From the NCBI GenBank assembly GCA_963796055.1, contig CAWCKH010000004.1, positions 2,208,001 to 2,272,000 on the forward strand: a DNA stretch of 64,000 nucleotides, written 5' to 3'. Below are positions 26,056 to 34,659 of this stretch, one piece after another. The stretch is from an uncultured delta proteobacterium (GTDB lineage Bacteria > Myxococcota > Myxococcia > Myxococcales > Myxococcaceae). The notes beneath the pieces are model-generated. The model worked only from the letters and a program-made list of their open reading frames with translations. It made no database searches and had not been told where the DNA came from. How positions within the stretch are numbered: the stretch's first letter is position 1; each line of letters opens with the position of its first letter. The position numbers were made by a program, and so were the translations under genes.

Positions 26056-27570
26056 ATGACCCAGGCCGCACCCGCCGTGACCCGCTCGAATGCGAGTCGC
26101 CCCCCGACGTGGAAGTCCTTCGCCGCCCTGTTCCTGATCGAGATGTGGGAACGGTTCGGCTACTACGGGATGACCGCGCTGGTGGTCATCTACATGGTGG
26201 AGCGGCTCGGTTACACCGACGACCGGGCGAACCTCACCTTCGGAGCGCTCGTGGCGATGGCGTACGCGTCGCCAGCAGTGGGTGGCTGGCTAGGGGACAA
26301 GGTGCTTGGCACGCGCCGGATGACGGTGATCGGCGCGACCATTCTGGCCCTCGGTTATGCGCTCCTCGCCACCCCAGGAGCCCCGATCTTCGTGGCGTTC
26401 GGGATCATCGCGGTGGGAAGCGGACTGTTCAAGCCGAACCCGGCCAATCTCGTCTCGAAGGTCTACGAGGGCAATCCGGCGAAGATCGATTCTGCCTTCA
26501 CCCTCTATTACATGTCGGTGAACGTCGGCTCCACGTTCTCCCAGCTCATCCTGCCCAAGGTGGCCGAGCATGTGAGCTGGCACCTCGCATTCGGGCTCTG
26601 CGCGGGAGGCCTGGTCCTCGGGCTCATGTTGTACTTCTTCATGAGCCGGTTCCTGCGTCACGTCGGCTCCCCGCCCGACTTCCAGCCGTTCCCCTGGACG
26701 AAGTTCGCGCTGACCGTCGTCGGGTGCCTCGCCGCCGTGGTGTTCGTGTCCTTCGTGGTCCAGAACCTGATGGTCGCCAGGGCGATGGTCTGGCTGGCCG
26801 CGCTGGTCATGCTCGGCATCTTCGCCATGCTCATCGCGCGAGGCACTCGACGCGAACGGAGCGGACTGATCGCGGTGCTGATCCTCACCGCGCAGGGGAT
26901 CGTCTTCTTCATCTTCTACCAGCAGATGTCGACGTCGCTGACGCTGTTCGCTCTTCGCAACGTCGACCTCTCCCTGCCGTTCGGCTTCCACTGGTCGGCC
27001 GGCCAAGTGCAGGCCCTGAATCCGCTGTGGATCTTCGCCCTCAGCCCGGCACTCGCCTGGGCCTACACCACGATGGGGAAGCGGTCGGGCGGAGACCTGC
27101 CGGTCGCGGTGAAGTTCGCCCTCGGGTTCGTGGTCCTGGCCGCTGGCTTCTTCACCTTCGGCGGGAGCGGCTTGTTCGCGGGCCCCGATGGACGCGTGTC
27201 GTTCTGGTGGATGGTCCTCGGCTACGGGCTCTTGTCGCTCGGCGAGCTGCTGATCAGCGGCCTCGGACTGGCGATGGTGGCCCGTTACGTCGGCCCGAGG
27301 CTGCGCGGATTCCTCATGGGGACGTGGTTTCTCGCCACCGGCATCTCGCAGTACCTCGGCAGCTACGTGGCGACGTTCGCCAGCGTGCCCCCGGACGTGA
27401 CCGACCCGCACCAGACCCTGCCCCTCTACATGCGGCTGTACTTCTGGCTGGGGGCGGTGGCGGTGGCCGGGGCGATCGTCTCCTTCGGCTTGCTGCCCGT
27501 GATGAAGCGCCTCTCGTCCGAATCGGCCCAGACGGAGCCGGGAGCGGCCGTGGCCGCGGCGGCGACCTGA
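26056..27570 (+). CDS. POT/PTR-family proton-dependent oligopeptide transporter
   Basis: EMWERFGYYGM, GGWLGDKVLGTRR, GSGLFKPN and FTLYYMSVNVGS. Confidence 0.95.
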   Translation: MTQAAPAVTRSNASRPPTWKSFAALFLIEMWERFGYYGMTALVVIYMVERLGYTDDRANLTFGALVAMAYASPAVGGWLGDKVLGTRRMTVIGATILALGYALLATPGAPIFVAFGIIAVGSGLFKPNPANLVSKVYEGNPAKIDSAFTLYYMSVNVGSTFSQLILPKVAEHVSWHLAFGLCAGGLVLGLMLYFFMSRFLRHVGSPPDFQPFPWTKFALTVVGCLAAVVFVSFVVQNLMVARAMVWLAALVMLGIFAMLIARGTRRERSGLIAVLILTAQGIVFFIFYQQMSTSLTLFALRNVDLSLPFGFHWSAGQVQALNPLWIFALSPALAWAYTTMGKRSGGDLPVAVKFALGFVVLAAGFFTFGGSGLFAGPDGRVSFWWMVLGYGLLSLGELLISGLGLAMVARYVGPRLRGFLMGTWFLATGISQYLGSYVATFASVPPDVTDPHQTLPLYMRLYFWLGAVAVAGAIVSFGLLPVMKRLSSESAQTEPGAAVAAAAT

Positions 27571-27584
27571 GCGCGAGGAGCCCC

Positions 27585-28412
27585 GTGCCAGCGACCTTGC
27601 TGGTGTTCCCCCAGTGGCAGGGCGGGGGGTGCGTTCCGGGCCTCCGGGAGGCGGCGCTGGCGCTGGCGCCCCGGGCGGCCGGAACGCGTCGCCGGCTGGA
27701 GGTGGAGGTCGCGTCCCTGCATCCCCTTGCGTCCGAGCAGGGGATCCAGGGCCGCGCCGAGCTGCTCCGCCAGCTCGCGGACGCCCGTGCACGGCTCGAC
27801 GCCCAGCGCCCGGAACGGGTCTTCGCCGTGGGAGGAGACTGCGGGATCGAGGTGGCCGTCCTCTCGTACCTCCACGCCCGGAGCCAGGGTTCGCTGGCGG
27901 TGGTCTGGCTGGACGCGCACGGAGATCTCAACACCCCGGAGAGCTCCCCCAGCGGGCACTTCCACGGGATGCCACTCCGGGTACTCCTGGGCGAGGGGGA
28001 CCCGGCCTTCACCGCGCTGGTCGACCGACCGCTGCTGCCGGCGCAGGTGGTGCTCGCCGGGACGCGTTCGCTCGATGCACCGGAGCAGGAGGTGGTGGCC
28101 GCCCGGGGACTCGCGGTGATCTCGTCGGAGGTCCTCGCAGGGCAGCCATCCTCGCTGGGGCGGTGGATCCGGAGCACCGGACTGGCCCGGGCCTACGTCC
28201 ACCTGGACCTCGACGTCTGTGACCCTCGGGAGGTGCCGGACGTGGTCTGCCCCACCCCCGGGGGACTCTCGGTCGGCGCGCTGGTCCGCGTGCTCCGTGC
28301 ACTCTCCGCCGAGGTGGAGATCGTCGGAGCGTCGCTGACCGAGGCGACCTTCGCCGGTCCGTCGGTCCCGCCCCCGCTGGAGCCGCTGCTCGACTGGTTC
28401 CGGGACGCCTGA
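27585..28412 (+). CDS. Arginase/ureohydrolase-family protein
   Basis: GAGGAG RBS plus GTG; GGDC, WLDAHGDLNTPESSPSGHFHGMP and VHLDLDVCDP. Confidence 0.9.
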   Translation: MPATLLVFPQWQGGGCVPGLREAALALAPRAAGTRRRLEVEVASLHPLASEQGIQGRAELLRQLADARARLDAQRPERVFAVGGDCGIEVAVLSYLHARSQGSLAVVWLDAHGDLNTPESSPSGHFHGMPLRVLLGEGDPAFTALVDRPLLPAQVVLAGTRSLDAPEQEVVAARGLAVISSEVLAGQPSSLGRWIRSTGLARAYVHLDLDVCDPREVPDVVCPTPGGLSVGALVRVLRALSAEVEIVGASLTEATFAGPSVPPPLEPLLDWFRDA

Positions 28413-28424
28413 GGCCGGGTCAAC

Positions 28425-28451
28425 CGATGGTGATTCCCTCACGGACCATCG
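28425..28451 (+). terminator. Hairpin after the arginase gene
   Basis: cgatggt...accatcg inverted repeat. Confidence 0.4.
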
Positions 28452-28516
28452 CCCGCTGCACCGAGGGCCGCTGGAGCATCCGCTCGGTGTGGGCAGTCCA
28501 GGCGGGGTAGCGGCGC

Positions 28517-29041
28517 ATGTCGAACATCCGCCGCTCTGGGGGACCCAGCCGCACGCCGCGAAATCTCAACCGAGAGGTCGGGTCAGTGCCGAGCGGGGGA
28601 GGGAATCAGCTCCGGGCGTGGGCTGCGAAGGGCGAGCTCGTCGGATTGCCCGTGGAGCAGGAAATTCCGCGGCTGCCGGTGTGGTCGGATGCCCGGACCG
28701 GCACCCTCGAAGAGCGCGCCCGTGCCTACCTCGACGTGAACTGCTCGCACTGTCACCGGTCCGGGGGCGAGGCGGAGAACACCGGTCTGGTGCTGACCCT
28801 CGAGCAGGAGGCGTCCTACCACCTCGGGATCTGCAAGCAGCCCGGCGGGACGGGGCCCGGCCCGGGTGGACGGCCCTGGGAGATCGATCCCGGGCACCCG
28901 GAGAGCTCGGCGGTCGTCTACCGGATGTCCTCCACCACCCCCGGAACGGCAATGCCGCAGATCGCCCGGAGCGTGGTCGACACCGAGGGCGTGGGGCTCG
29001 TCGCCGACTGGATCGCCCAGCTCTCGGGAACCTGCCCCTGA
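28517..29041 (+). pseudogene. C-terminal fragment of an SO2930-like c-type cytochrome
   Basis: RNLNR, NQL..W, LEERARAYLDVNCSHCH, IDPGHPESSAVVYRM and MPQIARSVVDTEGV..V.DWI are present. The signal peptide and first CxxCH region are absent. Confidence 0.7.
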
Positions 29042-29107
29042 GCTCCGGATGCGCGCCGGGGCCCGGCTCCGGGGTGCGTGGCGTCGCCCCGGATGCGCTG
29101 TTGAACG

Positions 29108-29977
29108 TCAGCGCTTTCGTCGGGGGAAGGGCCGTCGCTGCGTGGCGCGCCAGTGGGCTGCAGGGGAGATACCGAGCTCGCGGCGAAAAGCGCGCGAGAG
29201 GGCCTGGCGGCTGCCGAAGCCAGCGGCGGACGCGATGCGATCGAGGTCGGCTTCCCCGGTTCGAAGGACCTCGGCCGCACGGCGCACCCGCGCCTGCCTC
29301 AGAAGGGCCGCGGGGCTGGTGCCGCCGAACTGCGTGAACCGCGCGCGTGTCCGCTGGCGAGTTCGCCCCAGGGCCCGTGCGAGGGAGAACACCGTCGCTC
29401 CCGGCCGGGCCGCCTGGGCCAGGTGCTCGCGCAGGAGCGGGTCGGCCAGCATCCGGAACCAGCCCCGGTCGGTCCACGAGATGTCGTCGCTGACGTGGGC
29501 CCGCAGCGCCTGGACGAAGAGCACCTCGCAGAGACGACTGGCGACGATGCCGCCGCCGAGCGTGGGAATCGCCAGCTCCTCACGGAGCGCGTGGAGCGAC
29601 GGTCCGAAGGACCTGGGGATGAGGCCGGCGGTGGTTCGGATGAGCGGCGGAAAGGCCTCGAGCATCGGATGCGCGAGCGGAGCCTCGAGGTGAACACGGG
29701 CCGACAGCACCTCGGGCGGGTCTGCCTCGGATGTCGCCCGGAGCGACCCCGGGACGGCCCGATTCACCACCAGCAGCTCGCCCGGATCGAGCCGGTGACG
29801 CCACAGATGCAAGTCGGCGTCGATCAGGCACCCTCCCTCGAGCACGACGTGCAGCGAGATCGCGTCCGCAGGGAAGGCGCGCCTCCATGGGCTGGCCTGG
29901 TCGTCCTCGACGATCAAGGCGCAGCGCAGCCGCAGCTCCTCGAGCGCAACCACCAGCGGATCGTCTCCGGCCTGCAC
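29108..29977 (-). CDS. AraC-family regulator with N-terminal cupin domain
   Basis: PW...FP...LHVVLEGGC, SRLCEVLFVQALR and HTH IASAAGFGSRQALSRAFRRELGISPAAHW. The GTG start at 29977 is tentative. Confidence 0.85.
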   Translation of the reverse strand: MQAGDDPLVVALEELRLRCALIVEDDQASPWRRAFPADAISLHVVLEGGCLIDADLHLWRHRLDPGELLVVNRAVPGSLRATSEADPPEVLSARVHLEAPLAHPMLEAFPPLIRTTAGLIPRSFGPSLHALREELAIPTLGGGIVASRLCEVLFVQALRAHVSDDISWTDRGWFRMLADPLLREHLAQAARPGATVFSLARALGRTRQRTRARFTQFGGTSPAALLRQARVRRAAEVLRTGEADLDRIASAAGFGSRQALSRAFRRELGISPAAHWRATQRRPFPRRKR

Positions 29978-30009
29978 GCACCCGGTGGAAGCAAGAACCA
30001 GGCGCGGCG

Positions 30010-30505
30010 TTCGCGAAGTTACCCATGACGGCCTTCCGAAACATTTTGGAACGGTGCGGCCGGAGGGGGTCGCGCGCTCGTCGAAAGCATTCCATTCGGC
30101 TTCGCGAATCGAGAATGCGAAACCGTTCCGCCATCGTTGAACACGGCGGCGAGACGCCAGGTCCGACTTCGCGGACCGCGATCTGAGGCTGGCTCCGCGC
30201 TGCGGGCCACGAGAGGCTGCGGAGAATCCCCGCGGCGCATCGGCTGGCAGCCAGCTCGACCGACTTGCCACGTGGAGAGTCCAGGTGGACGCGCTGGAAA
30301 TGTTTCGCATCGTGCCTGTCCGAAACCGGAGGGAACGCTCGCGAGGCCCGCGCGACCCCCCTCCAGCCGGACCGTTCCAAAATGCTTCGGATCGCGCGTG
30401 TCCGAAACCCAAGAGAGCGCTCGCCGCGCCCGCAAGAGCCTTCCTCGCGCTGGACCGTTCCAAGAAGTTTCGCTTCGCGGGCGAGAGAAACCTGGGGACG
30501 CACGC
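30010..30505. repeat. Five ~82-bp degenerate units, each with GTTTCG-N13-CGAAAC; two leftward and three rightward, forming a long inverted repeat
   Basis: Palindromes start at 30018, 30099, 30302, 30384 and 30467. 30035-30130 is an imperfect reverse complement of ~30293-30391. Confidence 0.85.
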
Positions 30506-30714
30506 GGCCGACATCGAGCGCGCTCCCTGGCGAGTGGGCTACTCGTCGGCACGGCCTGCGGGACTCGACAGCCGCCCGCATGGCGACGACCCTGGGTGCC
30601 TCTCTCGACAACTCGTCCACGTCTCGAGCCTCGAGGCCAGCGCCGGATCAGCACGGGGCCGAGACCCACCCTCCTGCGTCTCCCAGAAGCAAGCGCACCG
30701 GCTCGAGGGCTGGC

Positions 30715-31779
30715 TCAGCGCTCGGAGCGCCCTCGCCGCCGCTGGTCCGCCCAGTAGTCCACCTGCCACTTCTTCACCGCGGCGTTGTGGCACTGCAGCG
30801 TGGGGCAGAAGACGTGGGTCCCGTCGTTCCGGGAGACGAAGTAGAGGTCGCTGCAGGTCGCGGGGTGGGTGACCGCCTGGAGCGCCGCGGCGCCCGAGCT
30901 GGCGATGGGGCCCGGGGGGAGCCCGTGCACGGTGTACGTGTTGTACGGGTGCGGGGTGACCAGGTCCTGCCGGCTGATGTTCTTCACGAACTTTCCGCGG
31001 ATCATCATCATCGCGTAGAGCACGGTCGGGTCCGTCTGCAGCGGCATCCCCAGCCGCAGCCGGTTCAGGAACAGGCAGGCGATGCGAGGCCGCTCCTCCG
31101 GAGCGCCGGTCTCCTTCTCCACGATCGAGGCCAGGGTGACGATCTGCAGCGGATCCAGCTTCACCGCCGGATCCTTGCTCGCCATCGCCGCCTGCAGCTC
31201 CTCGAGCGTCCGGGAGACCATCTTCCCCAGCACGCTCTCCTCGGTGTACCCGTGGGTGAAGCTGTAGGTGTCGGGGAAGAGGAAGCCCTCGAGCCGCGTG
31301 GCGGGAACGCCCAGCTTCTTCACGAACGCCTGGTCCGCGGCCAGCGCCTCGAGCCGGTCGAGGCGCAGCTTGAGCTGTGAGGACGCGAGCAGCGGGAGGA
31401 TCTCGTCCAGCCGCAGCCCCTCGGCGATGGTCACGTGGTACGTCTTCTGCTGTCCGGCGATGATCTTCTGGATGGCCTGCTCGGGCGCCAGCGGGAGCGT
31501 GAACTCGTACTCGCCGGCACGCAGCTTTGGGCCCATCTTCTCGCGGCGCAGCCAGGCGTAGGTGAGCTCGGCGTCGCTGACCACCCCGGCCTGGGCGAGC
31601 ATCTCGGCGACGCGCCGAGGCCCGCTCCCCGGTGGGATGGTGACATCCTTCGTGCCCGGCGCCCCTGTGGGGGTCCGCGCGAACTCGGTGAGCCGCTGGT
31701 CCCGCCACCACCACCACGCCGCGCCTGCGGCCGCCGCCAGGACCACGAGCAGCAGGACGATTCCCACCGCCCGCTTCAA
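30715..31779 (-). CDS. mltG: Endolytic transglycosylase MltG
   Basis: LRAGEY, LEGFLFPDTY, LASIVEKET, NRLRLGMPLQTDPT and YNTY..GLPPGPIAS. TTG start overlaps the ruvX stop. Confidence 0.95.
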   Translation of the reverse strand: MKRAVGIVLLLVVLAAAAGAAWWWWRDQRLTEFARTPTGAPGTKDVTIPPGSGPRRVAEMLAQAGVVSDAELTYAWLRREKMGPKLRAGEYEFTLPLAPEQAIQKIIAGQQKTYHVTIAEGLRLDEILPLLASSQLKLRLDRLEALAADQAFVKKLGVPATRLEGFLFPDTYSFTHGYTEESVLGKMVSRTLEELQAAMASKDPAVKLDPLQIVTLASIVEKETGAPEERPRIACLFLNRLRLGMPLQTDPTVLYAMMMIRGKFVKNISRQDLVTPHPYNTYTVHGLPPGPIASSGAAALQAVTHPATCSDLYFVSRNDGTHVFCPTLQCHNAAVKKWQVDYWADQRRRGRSER

Positions 31780-32213
31780 GGCTCGTCTCCCTGCACGGTG
31801 GCCTGGTGGGCGTCGAGCCAGCCCTGGAGGATGAGCGCAGCCGCCACCCGATCCACCACCGCCTTTCGCCGGGCCCGGGAGACGTCGGCCTCGATCAGCA
31901 TCCGGTTGGCGGCGGCAGTGGTGAGCCGCTCGTCCCAGTACGCAACGGGAAGTCCGAGCTGGCGCGCCACGGCGTCGCCGAAGCGGCGGGCCTCGGCGGC
32001 GCTCGGTCCCTCGCTGCCGTCCATGTTCAGCGGCAGTCCCACCACCACGTGCTCCACGCTGTGGTGCTCCGCCAGTCGCCGGAGCTCGGTCAGGTCGGCG
32101 CGGAGGTTCGTCCGGCGCAAGGTGGTGACCGGCTGCGCGGTGAGCCCGAGCGGATCGGACACGGCCACCCCGACCGTCTTCGTCCCCACGTCCAGCCCGA
32201 AGCTCCGCCTCAT
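31776..32213 (-). CDS. ruvX: YqgF/RuvX nuclease
   Basis: GLDVGTKTVGVAVSD, VVGLPLNMDGSEG, WDERLTT and DRVAAALILQGWLD. Confidence 0.96.
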   Translation of the reverse strand: MRRSFGLDVGTKTVGVAVSDPLGLTAQPVTTLRRTNLRADLTELRRLAEHHSVEHVVVGLPLNMDGSEGPSAAEARRFGDAVARQLGLPVAYWDERLTTAAANRMLIEADVSRARRKAVVDRVAAALILQGWLDAHQATVQGDEP

Positions 32214-32313
32214 CGCCGGGCAACCATACCAGCCCGGGGCCGGCGTCCCGCCGCACGGACCCGGGCCGTCCTGTCGGAGGGACGCCCGCGCGCCGTTCCC
32301 GGGGGAGGCTTCC

Positions 32314-32329
32314 CGGCACTCTTCTTGTA
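32314..32329 (+). promoter_or_regulatory. Possible sigma54 -24/-12 promoter
   Basis: cGGCACtcttcTTGTa versus consensus TGGCAC-N5-TTGC; spacing is correct with one core mismatch; ~45 bp upstream of ATG 32375. Confidence 0.4.
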
Positions 32330-32374
32330 CCGCCCCGCCGGGCGCCCGGTCTGCCAGCCCGGGAAGGGGGACGG

Positions 32375-34135
32375 ATGGGATTCTTCGACTTCATCGGGGA
32401 TGCGCTCGGGGCCATCGCGGCGCCGTTCACTGCGGTCATCGACGCCGGTACGAAGCTGCTCGGCCTCCCGCCGGCGATCGGCGACGCGCTGAAGATCGCG
32501 GTGGGCGCAGCGACCGGGGACTTCGTCACCCTGATGCAGGGCAGCACCCAGCTGCTGAAGGACCTCGCCAGCAGTGCCGCGGAGACCGAGTACGCCCCAC
32601 CCACGGACGAGGCCTATGGTGGAACGGACGGCTGGGCGCCGGCGGCCTCCCTGAAGGCGAACGCCCCGGCGGACGACCCGGATGCGGTCGACGCCTCCGA
32701 GGACGCGGTGACCTCGGCTGCCGTGCCGGACGATCCGGCGATCACCCTGGCCTCGGGCGCCGACCAGGACCCCGAGGAGGCCCGCGCCCTGGACACGCTC
32801 GGCAAGAACTTTGACGCGCTGAACCGCGACCACGGCCCGCTGAGGCTGCTGGAGAACAAGGTCATCACCGAGCAGGAGCTGCGCGAGACGGCAGACGATC
32901 CCGATGCGCCGCTCGAGCTCAAGCGCGCGGCCCGCTACATCCTGGACCATCCCGACCTCATGGAGCGGCTGTCGCGCTCGAAGGACCGGGACCAGACCGG
33001 CATCTCCCGCAGCGACATCGACCTGGTCCGGGAGCAGAGCCAGACTGGCGGAAGCGCCGACGGGGCAAGCGCCGCACTGGCCGCCGCCGGGTCGGAGGTG
33101 GAGCCCACCGGGGCGAGCGATCTGGACCCGGAGGAGGAACGGGCGCTGGACACCCTGAGGCGGAGCTTCGACGCACTGAACCGCGATCACGGCTTCCTCG
33201 GCGCCTTCGGCGACAAGGTCATCACCGAGAAGGAGCTGCGGGAGACCGCCGAGGATCCCGAGGCGCCGCTCGAGCTGAAGCGCGCCGCCCGGTACATCCT
33301 GGATCACCCCGATCTTCAAGAAAGGCTGTCGCGGTCGAGGGACGGCGACGATCAGGGCATTGCCCGGGGAGACATCGACCTCGCCGCTGAGGAGAGCCCG
33401 ACCGACGCGGGTGGAACCTCCGCAGTCGCCGGGGCCGACGCGCTCTCGTCCCTCCAGACCCTCCTGGTGAACTTCGACACCCTCAACAGACCGGTGAGCT
33501 GGTTGCCGGGCCTCGACAAGGTCCTGACCCACGAGGAGCTGGAGCGCGCGGCGAGCGCGCCCGAGACCTCTCCGGCGCTGAAGCGGTCGCTGCGTTACGT
33601 GCTCGACCATCCCAGTCTGCTGAGCAAGCTCTCGCGCTCGACCGGGGTGCTCGGCCAGGGCATGTCCCGGAGCGATCTCGAGCTCGGCATCGAGGACGCC
33701 CGAAGGGCGACCGCTGGGACCGGAACGAAGACGAGCAGCTCGCCGGCGCCGAAGCCGGCGGCCACCGCCAGCAGCAGCGGGACCACCACCAAGTCCTCGA
33801 GCAGCTCCACCAGCCCCGACCCGTCGATCAAGGACATCCTCAACGACAAGAGCCTGAGCCTGGAGGAGAAGATCGAGATGATCCTCATGGTCCTCGAGAA
33901 CCGGGTGGACGATCAGATGCTCACCGTCACCCAGCAGATGGACCAGAACGACGACAAGAAGACCGCCAAGGACGACCGGAAGAAGGTCACCCAGCTCGAC
34001 AAGGTCGACCGCGATCTGAACTTCAAGATGGAGCGGCTGATGAAGCGCAAGGAGCAGCTCTCGAACCTCCTGTCGACGATGGAGATGAAGTTCGCATCGA
34101 TGGCCCAGACCGCCATCGCCAACATGGGACGCTGA
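32375..34135 (+). CDS. T3SS substrate/translocator-like protein with three internal ~80-aa repeats and a coiled-coil C-terminus
   Basis: Hydrophobic Gly-rich N-terminus; repeats ALDTL..NFDALN...KVITE.ELRE.A.DP.AP.ELKRAARYILDHPDL; Ser/Thr linker; C-terminus LSNLLSTMEMKFASMAQTAIANMGR. Confidence 0.6.
   Translation: MGFFDFIGDALGAIAAPFTAVIDAGTKLLGLPPAIGDALKIAVGAATGDFVTLMQGSTQLLKDLASSAAETEYAPPTDEAYGGTDGWAPAASLKANAPADDPDAVDASEDAVTSAAVPDDPAITLASGADQDPEEARALDTLGKNFDALNRDHGPLRLLENKVITEQELRETADDPDAPLELKRAARYILDHPDLMERLSRSKDRDQTGISRSDIDLVREQSQTGGSADGASAALAAAGSEVEPTGASDLDPEEERALDTLRRSFDALNRDHGFLGAFGDKVITEKELRETAEDPEAPLELKRAARYILDHPDLQERLSRSRDGDDQGIARGDIDLAAEESPTDAGGTSAVAGADALSSLQTLLVNFDTLNRPVSWLPGLDKVLTHEELERAASAPETSPALKRSLRYVLDHPSLLSKLSRSTGVLGQGMSRSDLELGIEDARRATAGTGTKTSSSPAPKPAATASSSGTTTKSSSSSTSPDPSIKDILNDKSLSLEEKIEMILMVLENRVDDQMLTVTQQMDQNDDKKTAKDDRKKVTQLDKVDRDLNFKMERLMKRKEQLSNLLSTMEMKFASMAQTAIANMGR
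32756..33685 (+). repeat. Intragenic domain repeats (copies 1 and 2 are 357 nt apart; copy 3 is degenerate)
   Basis: Near-identical DNA, e.g. gcgccgctcgagct.aagcgcgc.gcccg.tacatcctgga.ca.cccga, at ~32906 and ~33263. Confidence 0.9.
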
Positions 34136-34137
34136 GC

Positions 34138-34608
34138 ATGCGACGCAACGATCGAGAGAAGCTGCTGGCCTTCGCCCGGGGCGAGGCCACCTGGGCCGAG
34201 GTGGAAGGCATCACCGCCGCGGACGCCGGGCGCATGGCCCGGACCGGGGTGGAGCTGGCGCAGGCCGGGCGGCTCCGCGAGGCGGCGCTGGTCTTCGAGG
34301 CGATGGCGGAGATCAACCCGAAGGACGCGGGCGCGCACGCCGCGCTGGGCACCGTGTACCAGAAGCTGGGCCGCACCGAGGACGCGCTGGCCGCCTACAG
34401 CGAGGCGCTGGCCCGCGACCCGGCGCATCCGGTCGCGCTCGGCAACCGGGGCGAGCTGCTGCTACGGCTCGGCCGCCGCGAGGGGTTCGGCGACGTGGCC
34501 GCGGCGGTGGCGGCAGATCCGGAGGGGAAGACCGCCGCCGGACGGCGCGCGGCGCGGCTGGCGAAGGCCATCACCGCGGACGCGGTGGCGCGCCTCGGGC
34601 TCCAGTGA
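34138..34608 (+). CDS. SycD/LcrH-like TPR chaperone
   Basis: 156 aa with TPRs (GRLREAALVFEAMAEINPKDAGAHAALGTVYQKLGRTEDALAAYSEAL..DP); starts 2 bp after the upstream gene. Confidence 0.7.
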   Translation: MRRNDREKLLAFARGEATWAEVEGITAADAGRMARTGVELAQAGRLREAALVFEAMAEINPKDAGAHAALGTVYQKLGRTEDALAAYSEALARDPAHPVALGNRGELLLRLGRREGFGDVAAAVAADPEGKTAAGRRAARLAKAITADAVARLGLQ

Positions 34609-34618
34609 AGCGGGGAGG

Positions 34619-34652
34619 CCGCCGGAGCGCCCGGGGGGGAGCGCTCCGGCGG
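34619..34652. terminator. Bidirectional GC hairpin between convergent genes
   Basis: ccgccggagcgc-loop-gcgctccggcgg, a 12-bp perfect stem. Confidence 0.7.
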
Positions 34653-34659
34653 TTCAGTC

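Noticed and set aside
30010..30505. CRISPR or hammerhead-ribozyme reading of the CGAAAC repeats
   Set aside because: Units are degenerate along their whole length and occur in both orientations; no cas genes are present and no CTGANGA core was found.
29978..30714. ORFs crossing the gap (e.g. 5' extension of 29108..30514, 30137..30757, 30285..30872)
   Set aside because: No recognisable domains and atypical composition; better explained as non-coding repeat DNA.
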